A DNA stretch of 64,000 nt from contig CAZSRU010000003.1 in assembly GCA_964609395.1 (NCBI GenBank), forward strand, positions 19,635 to 83,634. Reading direction: 5' to 3'. The notes below the pieces were generated by a model. It was given only the letters and a program-made list of their open reading frames with translations, was not told where the DNA came from and searched no databases. Below, one piece after another: positions 20,640 through 29,937 of this stretch (positions within the stretch are counted from its first letter, which is position 1; each line of letters opens with the position of its first letter). This DNA is from an uncultured Victivallales bacterium (GTDB lineage Bacteria > Verrucomicrobiota > Kiritimatiellia > UBA8416). The position numbers were made by a program, and so were the translations under genes.

Positions 20640-20805
20640 CCGCTGCGCAGAGCCCTGTCAGACTCAACAACAATCACGATCAGCAAGCGCAGCAATTCGC
20701 GGGTTGAACTTTATGTAAATCTTGCTAGGATGTGTGCTCATGGTGTTAATCAAATGACCGGCTGGCCGGTTTTTGCAGGGTTTTGAAAGAGAAGGGCCTT
20801 TTGCC

Positions 20806-21759
20806 ATGGCATGGGAATATTCGGAGAAGACCAAGCAGTTGTTCATGGATGCGGTACACGGGAAGCCGGGCACGCATATGGGCGAGATCGAGAATGCGGA
20901 CGGGCTCGGCGAGCACGGCTCGCTGTCCTGCGGCGACGCGATGCGGTTCACGTTCCGGGTCGAGCGGCATCCGGACGATCCGCGGCAGGACCGGATTGTC
21001 GAGGCGCGGTACCTGACGTTCGGGTGTACCTCTGCTATCGCGGCTTCGGAGGCGCTCTGCATGATGATCGAGGCGGCGAAATGCTCGCCGATCGAGGCGC
21101 TAAGGATCACCAATGCCGATATCGTGACGTTCCTGGGCGGGCTGCCGGAGCAGAAGGTGCATTGTTCGGTGATGGGGGCCGAGGCGCTGGAGGCCGCCGT
21201 CTTCAACTGGGCGCAGAAGCGCGGCGTGGACCTGAAGGCGCTGGGCGTGGATGTGCATGCCGACGAGGTGGACGAGGGCCGCATGGTCTGCAAGTGTTTT
21301 TCCATGACCGAGCCCTATATCCGACGCAAGGTTCAGGAACTTGGCCTGAAGACGATCCCCGAGATCACCAACGCGATCAAGGCGGGCGGGGCCTGCATGG
21401 CTTGTCATCACAAGCCCGGCGGCCTGCAGGATATCCTGAACGATATCTGGGGCACCCCGCAGACTCGGCTGAAGGAGGCGGCGGGGCTGGGCGGGGGCGG
21501 CAGTTCCGGCGAGGCACCCTCGCCGTACCAGCTCGGGCGGCATGTGGACCAGGTGATGGAGAGCGAGATCCGTCCGATGCTGCGCAAGGACGGAGGCGAT
21601 GCGGAGATCGTGGATATCAAGGACTTCGCGGTGTATGTCCGGCTGGCGGGTGCCTGCGCCGGTTGCGCGGGGGCGATGACCACGCTCAAGCTGCTGGTCG
21701 AGAAGACGCTCAAGGAGCAGATCGACGAACGGATCCGCGTGGTGGCGGTCGGACGGTGA
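20806..21759 (+). CDS. nifU: Three-domain NifU-type Fe-S scaffold
   Basis: SCGDAM, FGCTSAIA, KVHCSVMG; BFD-like CKCF...GGACMAC; C-terminal GACAGC. Confidence 0.9.
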   Translation: MAWEYSEKTKQLFMDAVHGKPGTHMGEIENADGLGEHGSLSCGDAMRFTFRVERHPDDPRQDRIVEARYLTFGCTSAIAASEALCMMIEAAKCSPIEALRITNADIVTFLGGLPEQKVHCSVMGAEALEAAVFNWAQKRGVDLKALGVDVHADEVDEGRMVCKCFSMTEPYIRRKVQELGLKTIPEITNAIKAGGACMACHHKPGGLQDILNDIWGTPQTRLKEAAGLGGGGSSGEAPSPYQLGRHVDQVMESEIRPMLRKDGGDAEIVDIKDFAVYVRLAGACAGCAGAMTTLKLLVEKTLKEQIDERIRVVAVGR

Positions 21760-21767
21760 ATGGGGCA

Positions 21768-22973
21768 ATGATGAGCAAGATCATCTATATGGACAACAAC
21801 GCGACGACGTCCGTGGCGCCGGAAGCGTTCGAGGCGATGAGACCGTTCCTCGTCGACCAGTATTTCAATCCCAGCTCCATGTATGAAGCCGCGCGCGGGC
21901 CGGCTCATGCGATCGCGGCGGCGCGGGCGTCTATTGCCGCCTGCCTGGGCGGTGTCTCGCCCGACGAGATCGTCTTCACCGGCTGCGCGACGGAAAGCAA
22001 TAACATGGCGATCTTCGGCGCGATCCGGGCCAATCGGGGGCGGCGGCATATCATCACCACGGCGGTCGAGCATCCCTCGGTGCTGGAGGTTTGCCGCGAG
22101 GCGGCGCGCGAGGGCTGCGAGGTGACCTTTGTCGGGGTGAACCAGCAGGGCGAGATCGATACCACGGAATTCATCCGCGCGCTGCGCCCGGATACGCTGC
22201 TGGTCTCGGTGATGCATGCCAACAACGAGACAGGCGTGATCTTCCCGGTGGCGGATCTGGCACGGCTGACCAAGGAGACGGATCCGGCGATCCTCTTCCA
22301 TACCGATGCCACCCAGACGGTTGGCAAGCTGGATATCGATCTGAAAGGCGAGCTGTCGCAGGTGGACATGCTCGCGTTCTCGGGGCACAAGCTTCACGCC
22401 CCGAAAGGGGTGGGAGCCTTGTACCTGCGGCGCGGCACGGCCTGTCGGCCGTACTTGTGCGGCGGGCACCAGGAGCGCGGCCTGCGGGCCGGCACGGAGA
22501 ATGTCGGCCACATCGTCGCGCTGGCCAAGGCCTGCGAGCTGGCGTTGGACGCCCGGACCGACGAGACCCGCGTGGCGGCGCTGCGCGACCGGCTGCAGGC
22601 GGCGCTGTGCGAGCGTATCCCCTGGCTGGAGGTCAACGGGGCGGGGGCGCCGCGGCTGCCCAACACGCTGAACCTGGCGTGCCACAGTATCGAGGGCGAG
22701 GCCATCCTCTACCAGCTTGACGAATTCGGGATCTGCGCCTCGAGCGGCTCGGCCTGCACATCGGGCTCGCTGGACCCGTCACACGTGCTCAAGGCGATGA
22801 AGGTCCCCTTCACGGCGATGCACGGCTCGGTGCGTTTCAGTCTCAGCCGGTATACGACCGAGGCCGAAGTCGATACGCTGATCGAGGTGTTTCCGGGGAT
22901 CGTACAGCGGTTGCGGCGTCTGTCGCCGTACTGGGACGCGGCCGCCGGACGGCCACAGGAGGTCCGGTCATGA
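21768..22973 (+). CDS. nifS: Cysteine desulfurase (NifS/IscS type)
   Basis: IYMDNNATT, HTDATQ, FSGHKLHAPKG, SSGSACTSGS. This is the C-terminal part of ORF-track entry 20811..22973. Confidence 0.95.
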   Translation: MMSKIIYMDNNATTSVAPEAFEAMRPFLVDQYFNPSSMYEAARGPAHAIAAARASIAACLGGVSPDEIVFTGCATESNNMAIFGAIRANRGRRHIITTAVEHPSVLEVCREAAREGCEVTFVGVNQQGEIDTTEFIRALRPDTLLVSVMHANNETGVIFPVADLARLTKETDPAILFHTDATQTVGKLDIDLKGELSQVDMLAFSGHKLHAPKGVGALYLRRGTACRPYLCGGHQERGLRAGTENVGHIVALAKACELALDARTDETRVAALRDRLQAALCERIPWLEVNGAGAPRLPNTLNLACHSIEGEAILYQLDEFGICASSGSACTSGSLDPSHVLKAMKVPFTAMHGSVRFSLSRYTTEAEVDTLIEVFPGIVQRLRRLSPYWDAAAGRPQEVRS

Positions 22974-24784
22974 GCGACGGTGTCGGCAAGGTCGAGACCC
23001 GTGTGGCGCGGATCGCGTTGCCGCATGAAGGGTTTACGCTGGAGCGTGGCGGCGTGCTCCGTGAGATTGAGATCGCCTACGAGACTTATGGCGACCTGGC
23101 GGAGGACCGGCGCAATGTGATTTTCATCTGCACGGCGCTCTCCGGGGATGCGCATGCTGCCGGGTATCATACCGACCCCGAGAAGGATCCCGGCTGGTGG
23201 GATGCGATGATCGGCCCCGGGCGCGGGATCGATACGCGCTACTACCATGTCGTCTGCGCCAATATCCTCGGCGGTTGCAAGGGCACGACGGGGCCCCGCT
23301 CGAATGATCCGGCGACGGGGAGTCCCTATGGCGCGCGTTTCCCGGAAATGACGGTCGCGGACATAATCGAGACCCATTGCATGCTGCTCGGGCATCTCGG
23401 GATCACACATCTGGCGGCGGTCGTCGGTGGTTCGTTCGGGGGCATGCAGGTGCTGGAATGGGCCGTGCGGCGTCCGGCGATGATGGACCGCTGCGTGTGC
23501 ATCGCCACGGCCGCCTCGCTATCGGCTCAGGCGCTTGCTTTCGACAGCGTGGCACGCAACATGATCACATCCGATCCGGACTGGTGCGATGGCGATTACT
23601 ATGGCAGGGGGGCGGGGCCGGCCAAGGGCCTGGCGCAGGCGCGGCAGCTCGGGCACATCACCTACCTCTCGCAGGATATCATGAAAAGCCGTTTCGGGCG
23701 CGAGCGCCGCGTGGATGGCGGAGAAGAGGAGGGCGGCGTGGGTGCGCCTTCCGAGTTCCAGGTGTCCAGCTACCTGGAGTACCAGGGCATGAAGTTCGTC
23801 AACCGCTTCGATGCGAACTCCTATCTGCGTATCATGCGGGCCATGGATGACTTTGACCTGACGACCCGCTATCCGGGCGGCCTGGAGGAGGCCTTCGCAC
23901 CGGTGGCGGCCAAGATGCTGGTGGTGGCGGTCAGCAGCGACTGGCTGTTCCCGCCCGAACAGTCCAAGGAGATCGCCAACGCGCTGCTGCGGGCTGGCAA
24001 GGCGGTCTCGTACTGCCTGATCGAGGCTCCCTACGGGCATGATGCCTTTCTCGTCGACATCGATAACCTGGTCTCGGTCGTGCATGCCTTTTTGCCGTGG
24101 GTGGGTGCGGACAGGGCGGCCGGGAATGCCGATCCGGCGGGTGTCGCCGTGCCGTCTGTGGCGGCGACGGGGTTGGAGGTCAAGTTCGCGACGGGCGCGG
24201 AGCGCGAGGTGATCGCCCGCATGATCGCGCCTAAGGCGCGCGTCCTGGACATCGGCTGCGGGCATGGCGAGCTGCTGGCGCTGCTGGATGAGCGACGCGG
24301 GGCATCGGGGATCGGCGTGGATATCGATCTGCAACAGGTCGTGCAGGTGATCAACCGGGGTTACGACATCTTCCAGGAGGATATCGACGGGGGCCTGGCC
24401 ATGATCCCCGACGGGGCGTACGACTGCGCGATCCTCAGCGAGACCCTGCAGGTGGTCCAGCGTCCGCGCCTGGTGCTGAACGAGATGCTGCGGGTGGCGC
24501 GCGAGGGGATCGTCAGTTTCCCGAACTTCGGGAATTACGGCCTGATCTGGCAGTTGCTGCGTTCCGGGCGCATGCCCGTCGGCAAGGCGTTGCCGTTCCA
24601 GTGGTACAACACGCCGAACATCCATTTGTTCACCCTGCGCGATTTCGAGTTGCTGTGCCGCGAGGATTCGATCCGGATACTGGAGACCGTCGCCCTCAGC
24701 GACGCTCTCCTCGGGAAAGCCCTGCTGTCGCTGGGGTTGCGCAATCTCGGGGCGGACCGGGTACTGGTGCGGGTGAGTAGGTAA
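22970..24784 (+). CDS. metX: Homoserine O-acyltransferase MetX fused to MetW-type methyltransferase domain
   Basis: ICTALSGDAHAAG, WWDAMIGPG, GGSFGGMQ, SSDWLFPP, YGHDAFL; then VLDIGCGHG, SETLQ, VSFPNFG, WYNTPNIH (MetW). Confidence 0.92.
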   Translation: MSDGVGKVETRVARIALPHEGFTLERGGVLREIEIAYETYGDLAEDRRNVIFICTALSGDAHAAGYHTDPEKDPGWWDAMIGPGRGIDTRYYHVVCANILGGCKGTTGPRSNDPATGSPYGARFPEMTVADIIETHCMLLGHLGITHLAAVVGGSFGGMQVLEWAVRRPAMMDRCVCIATAASLSAQALAFDSVARNMITSDPDWCDGDYYGRGAGPAKGLAQARQLGHITYLSQDIMKSRFGRERRVDGGEEEGGVGAPSEFQVSSYLEYQGMKFVNRFDANSYLRIMRAMDDFDLTTRYPGGLEEAFAPVAAKMLVVAVSSDWLFPPEQSKEIANALLRAGKAVSYCLIEAPYGHDAFLVDIDNLVSVVHAFLPWVGADRAAGNADPAGVAVPSVAATGLEVKFATGAEREVIARMIAPKARVLDIGCGHGELLALLDERRGASGIGVDIDLQQVVQVINRGYDIFQEDIDGGLAMIPDGAYDCAILSETLQVVQRPRLVLNEMLRVAREGIVSFPNFGNYGLIWQLLRSGRMPVGKALPFQWYNTPNIHLFTLRDFELLCREDSIRILETVALSDALLGKALLSLGLRNLGADRVLVRVSR

Positions 24785-24823
24785 AGCAGAAATCAGAAAT
24801 TGGGAAAGTAGAAAGCAGAGATT
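24779..24823 (+). repeat. Heptamer-period intergenic repeat (AAAGCAG/AAATCAG), variant of the GGTAAAGTCGAAA family
   Basis: ggtaaagcagaaatcagaaattgggaaagtagaaagcagag overlapping and following the metX-metW stop codon. Confidence 0.7.
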
Positions 24824-24830
24824 GTTGGTG

Positions 24831-24954
24831 GTAGCCCAGTCGTGCCGCGACTGAGGCAGCGGGGTAGCGCGTGCGGGTACGCAGTCCCCGTGCGTACGCC
24901 AATTAACCGTACGCTGACAACGCGGAAGCCGCGCTCACGGCGTGAGCGGGCTAC
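24831..24954. repeat. REP/REPIN-like doublet with GTAG-headed hairpins in inverted orientation
   Basis: GTAGCC-CAGTCG-tgccg-CGACTG at 24831; inverted CGCTCAC-ggc-GTGAGCG-GGCTAC ending at 24954. Confidence 0.6.
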
Positions 24955-25011
24955 AGGGGGATAGGTGAAGCGGGAAGATTAAGGCGAAAGATTAGCCACG
25001 GAGAGAACGTC

Positions 25012-25986
25012 ATGCAAATGAAAAAAGAGCTGGATGCGATATTGCCGGATGTGATGAAGGGGCTTTCCGCCTGCGAGGGCTGCCCGATTCATTTCAGTGG
25101 CGGTCGGCACGGGCTGACCGTGGCCGGTCAGCAGGCCGTGATCGAGGTGCTTGACGACCTGATCGCCACCTTCTTTCCCGGTTGCCACTTGCGCCGGGCC
25201 ACCGCCGGGGCCTACGGTGCCGAGGCCATGGCATCGCTCGAGAAGACGGCCATGACCCTGCGAGAGCAGGTGCGCCAGGCCTTCGAGTACCAGTGCGCGA
25301 TCAACCAGTGCAAGGAGGATTGCCACAAGTGCGACGAGCGGGCCATCCGGACCGTCGGTGAGTTGATGCGGGCGCTGCCGGAACTGCTGCGCGTGCTGCA
25401 CAAGGATGTCCAGGCCGCCTACGAGGGCGACCCGGCCGCGCGCTCGACGATGGAAGTGGTCATGAGCTACCCCGGCGTGTTCGCCGTGACGGTGCACCGG
25501 ATTGCGCATTGCCTTTACCGCCTCGAGGTGCCGCTGATCCCGCGCATGATGGCCGAGTACGCGCATTCACGGACCGGTATCGACATCCACCCCGGAGCGA
25601 CCATCGGCGAGGGCTTCTTCATCGATCACGGCACCGGGGTTGTGATCGGCGAGACCTGCGAGATCGGTCGCAACGTGAAGCTGTACCAGGGGGTGACGCT
25701 GGGCGCGCTGAGTTTTGTCAAGGACGAGGACGGGCATCTGGTCAAGGGGATCAAGCGCCATCCGAACGTCGAGGATAACGTGGTCATCTATGCCGGCGCG
25801 ACCATCCTCGGTGGCAAGACCACCATCGGTGCCGGAACGGTCATCGGCGGCAACGTCTGGTTGACGCATACCGTCCCGCCCGGCTCCAAAGTCTACAACC
25901 AGCAGCCCAGCCCGCTCATCCGCGAGGTCGATGGAAGCTGGAAGACTTCCGAAGGTCCCTGGAACAACACCGGTGACGGGATTTGA
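25012..25986 (+). CDS. cysE: Serine O-acetyltransferase, long (EpsC-like) form
   Basis: [57 protein letters not shown]. Confidence 0.92.
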   Translation: MQMKKELDAILPDVMKGLSACEGCPIHFSGGRHGLTVAGQQAVIEVLDDLIATFFPGCHLRRATAGAYGAEAMASLEKTAMTLREQVRQAFEYQCAINQCKEDCHKCDERAIRTVGELMRALPELLRVLHKDVQAAYEGDPAARSTMEVVMSYPGVFAVTVHRIAHCLYRLEVPLIPRMMAEYAHSRTGIDIHPGATIGEGFFIDHGTGVVIGETCEIGRNVKLYQGVTLGALSFVKDEDGHLVKGIKRHPNVEDNVVIYAGATILGGKTTIGAGTVIGGNVWLTHTVPPGSKVYNQQPSPLIREVDGSWKTSEGPWNNTGDGI

Positions 25987-26021
25987 ACGGCTGTAAGGGT
26001 TTTTGAACACGATTTGCCAGC

Positions 26022-26049
26022 TTGACTTTCGTTCGTTTCATGGTATTCT
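26022..26049 (+). promoter_or_regulatory. Putative sigma70 promoter of rpmH (TTGACT-N16-TATTCT, with extended -10 TG)
   Basis: TTGACT at 26022-26027 and TGgTATTCT at 26041-26049. Confidence 0.6.
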
Positions 26050-26097
26050 AGCGGCTTTTATTGAGGAATTAGTGTTGATTGAAAGAGGATCTCGCTT

Positions 26098-26235
26098 ATG
26101 AAAATGGTGTATCAGCCGTCGAACAAGAAACGCGCCCGTAAAATCGGTTTCCGTGCCCGCATGGCGACGGCCAACGGTCGCAAGGTACTGCAGCGTCGCC
26201 GGCGCAAGGGCCGCGCGCAACTAATCGTTGTTTGA
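26098..26235 (+). CDS. rpmH: 50S ribosomal protein L34 (absent from the ORF track because it is too short)
   Basis: Translates [45 protein letters not shown]. Upstream GAGG SD. Precedes rnpA. Confidence 0.97.
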   Translation: MKMVYQPSNKKRARKIGFRARMATANGRKVLQRRRRKGRAQLIVV

Positions 26236-26249
26236 TCGCGTTGTCGGTT

Positions 26250-26645
26250 ATGTCTGTTATCGGACCGTCTTCTGCTGCGCCGCGAGAATCCGCGTCGTTC
26301 AGACGTACGGTCCGATTGCTTTTGAACCGCGACTTCCAGCGGGTCTTCGAGGACGGGCGCTCGATCGCGGGCAAGACCATGGTGATCTGGGTTGCCCCCG
26401 CTGGTGGTGACGGCTCCCGTATGGGGGTAGTGGCCAGCAAGCGGACGTTCCGCCGGGCGGTGGATCGCAACCGCGCCAAACGGCTGATCCGCGAGGCGTT
26501 CCGCAAGGAAAGGCACCGGCTGCTTATCAACGGCGATCTGGTGATCGTGGCGCGGCGACGGGTGCTGGAGGCGGGGGGCGCGGCGGCGCAGGCCGAATTC
26601 GTGAAGCTGGTGCGGGCCCTGGGGATGACGGGAGACAAGGATTAG
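26250..26645 (+). CDS. rnpA: Ribonuclease P protein component
   Basis: RMGVVASKR, RAVDRNRAKRLIREAFR (RNR motif), DLVIVAR. Start uncertain (26232 or 26250). Confidence 0.92.
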   Translation: MSVIGPSSAAPRESASFRRTVRLLLNRDFQRVFEDGRSIAGKTMVIWVAPAGGDGSRMGVVASKRTFRRAVDRNRAKRLIREAFRKERHRLLINGDLVIVARRRVLEAGGAAAQAEFVKLVRALGMTGDKD

Positions 26646-26648
26646 GGT

Positions 26649-26900
26649 ATGCGCGGCTTTGGGCTGTATCGGCTTCCGGTTCTGGTCATCAAGGCCTACA
26701 AGATGTGTGTGTCGCCGTATCTGGGGCGGAATTGCCGGTTCGCGCCGAGCTGTTCATCCTATGCGATCGAGGCTCTGGAGCGGTTTGGCTGCCTCCGGGG
26801 AAGCTGGTTAAGTGTAAAGCGGATTTGCAAATGCCATCCGTTTCATCCGGGCGGATTCGACCCGGTGCCGGATCATGATGATAATCCTATTGGAGAATGA
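26649..26900 (+). CDS. yidD: Membrane protein insertion efficiency factor
   Basis: [31 protein letters not shown]. Confidence 0.95.
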   Translation: MRGFGLYRLPVLVIKAYKMCVSPYLGRNCRFAPSCSSYAIEALERFGCLRGSWLSVKRICKCHPFHPGGFDPVPDHDDNPIGE

Positions 26901-26903
26901 AAA

Positions 26904-28694
26904 ATGAACAAGACAGAACGCATTGCGGTAGCGGTGCTGATCGGATTGCTGGTTGCATGGTCGTATTTCGGGCGCCGCCTGATGCCGTCGACTCCTCCTC
27001 CGCCAGTGCCGGCGGAGACCATTGCGGGTGAGGCGACCATTGACGGCGCGACTGCCCCCGCCGCGACCGGTCTGCCTGCCGGGGATGCGCCGGCACCGGC
27101 TCTTTCCGTACCGGGGACGAACGCGGCACCGGTCTCATTGCCTGCGACGGCAGAGATGACGCCGGTCGTCCGGTCCACGGAACCCGTCGTGGTGGAGGTT
27201 ACCAACGCGGTCATGCGCCTGCGTTTCACGTCGTGGGGCGGGGGACTGGCATCGGCGTCGCTCATCGACTTCCGCAGCACGGTGGATGCGGACAGCACTC
27301 CGGTCATCTTTGATTTCGCCGACCGCATCGCCCTGAGTTATACCGGATTGCCGGGGCTCTCGGAGGCGGATGATTTCAGTGTCGAACCGGTTGACGGCAA
27401 TGGTGTTCGTATGTCGCGCCAGGCGGACAGCGGGCTGGTGCTGGAGCGGACCGCCGTGCTGGAAGAGGGCTATGCGTTCACGATTACCGATCGCCTGATC
27501 AATACCGGCTCGACGCCGGTTTCCATTAGCGAGGCCAGCCTGCAGACGGGCTCCATGCGGATCATGGAAGCGGGGCCTGCCATGCGCGGGATGGATTATC
27601 TGGGTGTCGATGCCCTGCGTAGCGGTGATGACAAGATCGAGCGCGTCGGCAAGGCGCTGCCGGGACTTTTCGGGGTGCGGGGCGGTTGCTCGCGGGCGGA
27701 TTTGACCGTGGCACCGATGGCTGCCACGATTGACTTGCCGCTTCCGCTGGCGTGGGTGGCCGTAAAGAACAAGTTCTTCACGCAGATCCTGGCTCCAGTG
27801 GAGGGCGGCACGTCTGCACGCGTGCGGGCGATTCGTGCGGATATACCTGCCGACTTCGCACTGGACACGGTTTCCGCCTCGCTGGCGTTGCCGGCGGCGG
27901 TCATCGAGCCGGGCGCGACTTTTGAGCGGCAGACCCGCTATTATGTCGGCCCGAAAAAATATGCGCAGTTGAAAGCGGAGGGCAATCGCCGCACCGAGAT
28001 CATGGATTTCGGACGGTTCTTCAAGCCGGTCTGCAAAGTGCTGCTGCCGCTGCTCAACGGCATCGAGATGGTGGTGCCGGGCGGATATGGCATGGCGATT
28101 ATCATGCTGACGATCATCGTCAAACTGGTCTTCTGGCCCGTGACCCACAAGGGCACCGAGAGCATGAAGCGGATGCAGAAGCTGCAGCCCGAGATCAAGA
28201 AGCTGCGCGAGCGTTACAAGAGCGATCCGAAGAAGCTACAGGAGAAGCAGATGCTGCTTTACCGCGAGCACAAGGTCAATCCGCTGGCGGGCTGCCTGCC
28301 GATGCTGATCCAGATCCCGGTGTTCATCGGCCTGTTCACCGTGTTGCGCAGTGCCGTGGAGTTGCGGTTCACCCGTTTCCTTTGGATCCGCGACCTGAGC
28401 GAGCCGGAAGGTCTGCTGGTTGGCTTGCTGCCGTTCCCGGCGGGCGGGTTGAACATCCTGCCGCTACTGATGACGGCCACGATGGTGCTGCAGCAGCGCC
28501 TGACCCCGAGCGTAGGCGACCCGCAGCAGCAGAAGATGATGGCCTTCATGCCGGTGATGATGCTCTTCATCTTCTACAACATGCCGTCGGCGCTGGTGCT
28601 GTACTGGACGGTGAGCCAAGTGCTTTCCATCCTGCAGCTCGTGCTGCAGCAGCGCAAGGATCGCCTCACGGCACTGGCTGTTGTTCCGGCTTGA
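26904..28694 (+). CDS. yidC: Membrane protein insertase YidC
   Basis: WVAVKNKFF, YYVGPK, YGMAIIMLTIIVK, NPLAGCLPMLIQIPVFIGL, WIRDLS, PSALVLYWTVS. Confidence 0.96.
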   Translation: MNKTERIAVAVLIGLLVAWSYFGRRLMPSTPPPPVPAETIAGEATIDGATAPAATGLPAGDAPAPALSVPGTNAAPVSLPATAEMTPVVRSTEPVVVEVTNAVMRLRFTSWGGGLASASLIDFRSTVDADSTPVIFDFADRIALSYTGLPGLSEADDFSVEPVDGNGVRMSRQADSGLVLERTAVLEEGYAFTITDRLINTGSTPVSISEASLQTGSMRIMEAGPAMRGMDYLGVDALRSGDDKIERVGKALPGLFGVRGGCSRADLTVAPMAATIDLPLPLAWVAVKNKFFTQILAPVEGGTSARVRAIRADIPADFALDTVSASLALPAAVIEPGATFERQTRYYVGPKKYAQLKAEGNRRTEIMDFGRFFKPVCKVLLPLLNGIEMVVPGGYGMAIIMLTIIVKLVFWPVTHKGTESMKRMQKLQPEIKKLRERYKSDPKKLQEKQMLLYREHKVNPLAGCLPMLIQIPVFIGLFTVLRSAVELRFTRFLWIRDLSEPEGLLVGLLPFPAGGLNILPLLMTATMVLQQRLTPSVGDPQQQKMMAFMPVMMLFIFYNMPSALVLYWTVSQVLSILQLVLQQRKDRLTALAVVPA

Positions 28695-29673
28695 CGTCGC
28701 GCGACATGAGGGCCTCGACCGCCTGAAGCGGAGAGGCACCCTCGTGCAGGATGCGGCAGACCTGTTCGGTGATCGGAACCTCTATACCGTGTTCCGCCGC
28801 CAGTGCTTTGGCATTGGCGGCGTTCCAGACGCCCTCGGCCACCTGCTTCATGCCGCCGGTAATCTGCGCCAGGCTCTCGCCTCGGCCCAGCCGTTCACCG
28901 ACCCCGCGGTTACGGCTGTGCCGGCTGGTGCAGGTCACGATCAGGTCGCCCATGCCGCTGAGGCCGGCGAAGGTCTCCGGCCTGCAGCCGAGCTCGGCTC
29001 CCAGTCGGGAAATCTCGCTCAAGCCGCGCGTGATCAGCGCGGCGCGCGTATTGTCGCCGAACCCGAGTCCGTCGCTGATGCCCACGGCAATGGCGATCAC
29101 GTTCTTCAGTGCCCCCCCGATCTGGACGCCGGTAACGTCGTCGGCGGTATACACCCGGAAACGGCTGTTGTTGAAAACCGCCTGCAGGGCCGCACTATCC
29201 TCCCCGCGTGGCGAGGCCACGACGACAGCGGTCGGGATGCCGCGAGCGACTTCCTCCGCGTGACTCGGACCGGAGAGCGCGGCTGCACAGGGGATACCGA
29301 GACACTCGCGCGCGATTTCCGTCATCGTCCGGTGCGTCTCGCGATCCAGGCCCTTGGTCACGCTGATCACCTGGGCGGACGGGGCGATCAGGCCCTTGAA
29401 GCGGGATGCCACGTCGCGGTAGAACTGCGTGGGGACCGCCATGACGACGACCTCCGCCTCGCGGGTGGCCTCGCCCGCATCCGTGGTCCAGCGTATCCCG
29501 GCCGGCAGCGTGACGCCGGAGAGGTAGGTGCTGTTCATGCCGGTTTCGCGGACCGCGCGGATATTCTCCTCGAACGGTCCCCACACCGTCACCTGATGGC
29601 CGTTCTGCTGTAGCACCATCGCCAGCGCCGTACCCCAGCCGCCATCCCCGATTACCGTTGCCTTGATACCCAT
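28666..29673 (-). CDS. gpsA: NAD(P)H-dependent glycerol-3-phosphate dehydrogenase
   Basis: IGDGGWGTALA, ALSGPSHAEEV, GGALKNVIAIA, GLSGMGDLIVTCTSRHSRN, VAEG. Confidence 0.96.
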   Translation of the reverse strand: MGIKATVIGDGGWGTALAMVLQQNGHQVTVWGPFEENIRAVRETGMNSTYLSGVTLPAGIRWTTDAGEATREAEVVVMAVPTQFYRDVASRFKGLIAPSAQVISVTKGLDRETHRTMTEIARECLGIPCAAALSGPSHAEEVARGIPTAVVVASPRGEDSAALQAVFNNSRFRVYTADDVTGVQIGGALKNVIAIAVGISDGLGFGDNTRAALITRGLSEISRLGAELGCRPETFAGLSGMGDLIVTCTSRHSRNRGVGERLGRGESLAQITGGMKQVAEGVWNAANAKALAAEHGIEVPITEQVCRILHEGASPLQAVEALMSRDVKPEQQPVP

Positions 29674-29800
29674 CACTAACCCCTGTCATAATTCGTTTGT
29701 AAAACCGTATTATCGAAACCCCGTTTGAAATTCCTCATGGATGCGGACTGCACAGTATGGAAAATCGAGCCAAGTCGCAATCCAAAAGGCAACTGATTGC

Positions 29801-29836
29801 GGGTAAAGTCGAAAGTCGAATTTGGGAAAGTCGAAA
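29801..29836 (+). repeat. GGGTAAAGTCGAAA family repeat, copy 1
   Basis: gggtaaagtcgaaagtcgaatttgggaaagtcgaaa. The 14-mer is identical at 40023 and 61205. Confidence 0.85.
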
Positions 29837-29937
29837 TACAACGGGAAGCAGATAAAGCGTATTGTGTACGGGATGGTTGTATTGTAGAGTCGGCGGCGTT
29901 CGGCAGGGGTCCGGCTTGACGCTACAGGAGAACAGCG

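Noticed and set aside
20811-21767. 720-aa ORF suggesting a long N-terminal extension of NifS or a NifU-NifS frameshift fusion
   Set aside because: The extension overlaps nifU in another frame and reads as Gly/Arg/Ala-rich shadow sequence, which is typical of high-GC DNA. NifS homology starts at MMSKIIYMDNNA (21768), and no slippery site was noticed.
24784-25011. SAM riboswitch or T-box upstream of cysE
   Set aside because: I could not find the SAM-I (TTATC.AGAG) or T-box (GGTGGNACCGCG) cores. The structure is better explained by repeats.
25986-26097. oriC next to rpmH
   Set aside because: No dnaA gene, and no TTATCCACA-type box cluster was seen. The gap is short and explained by a promoter.
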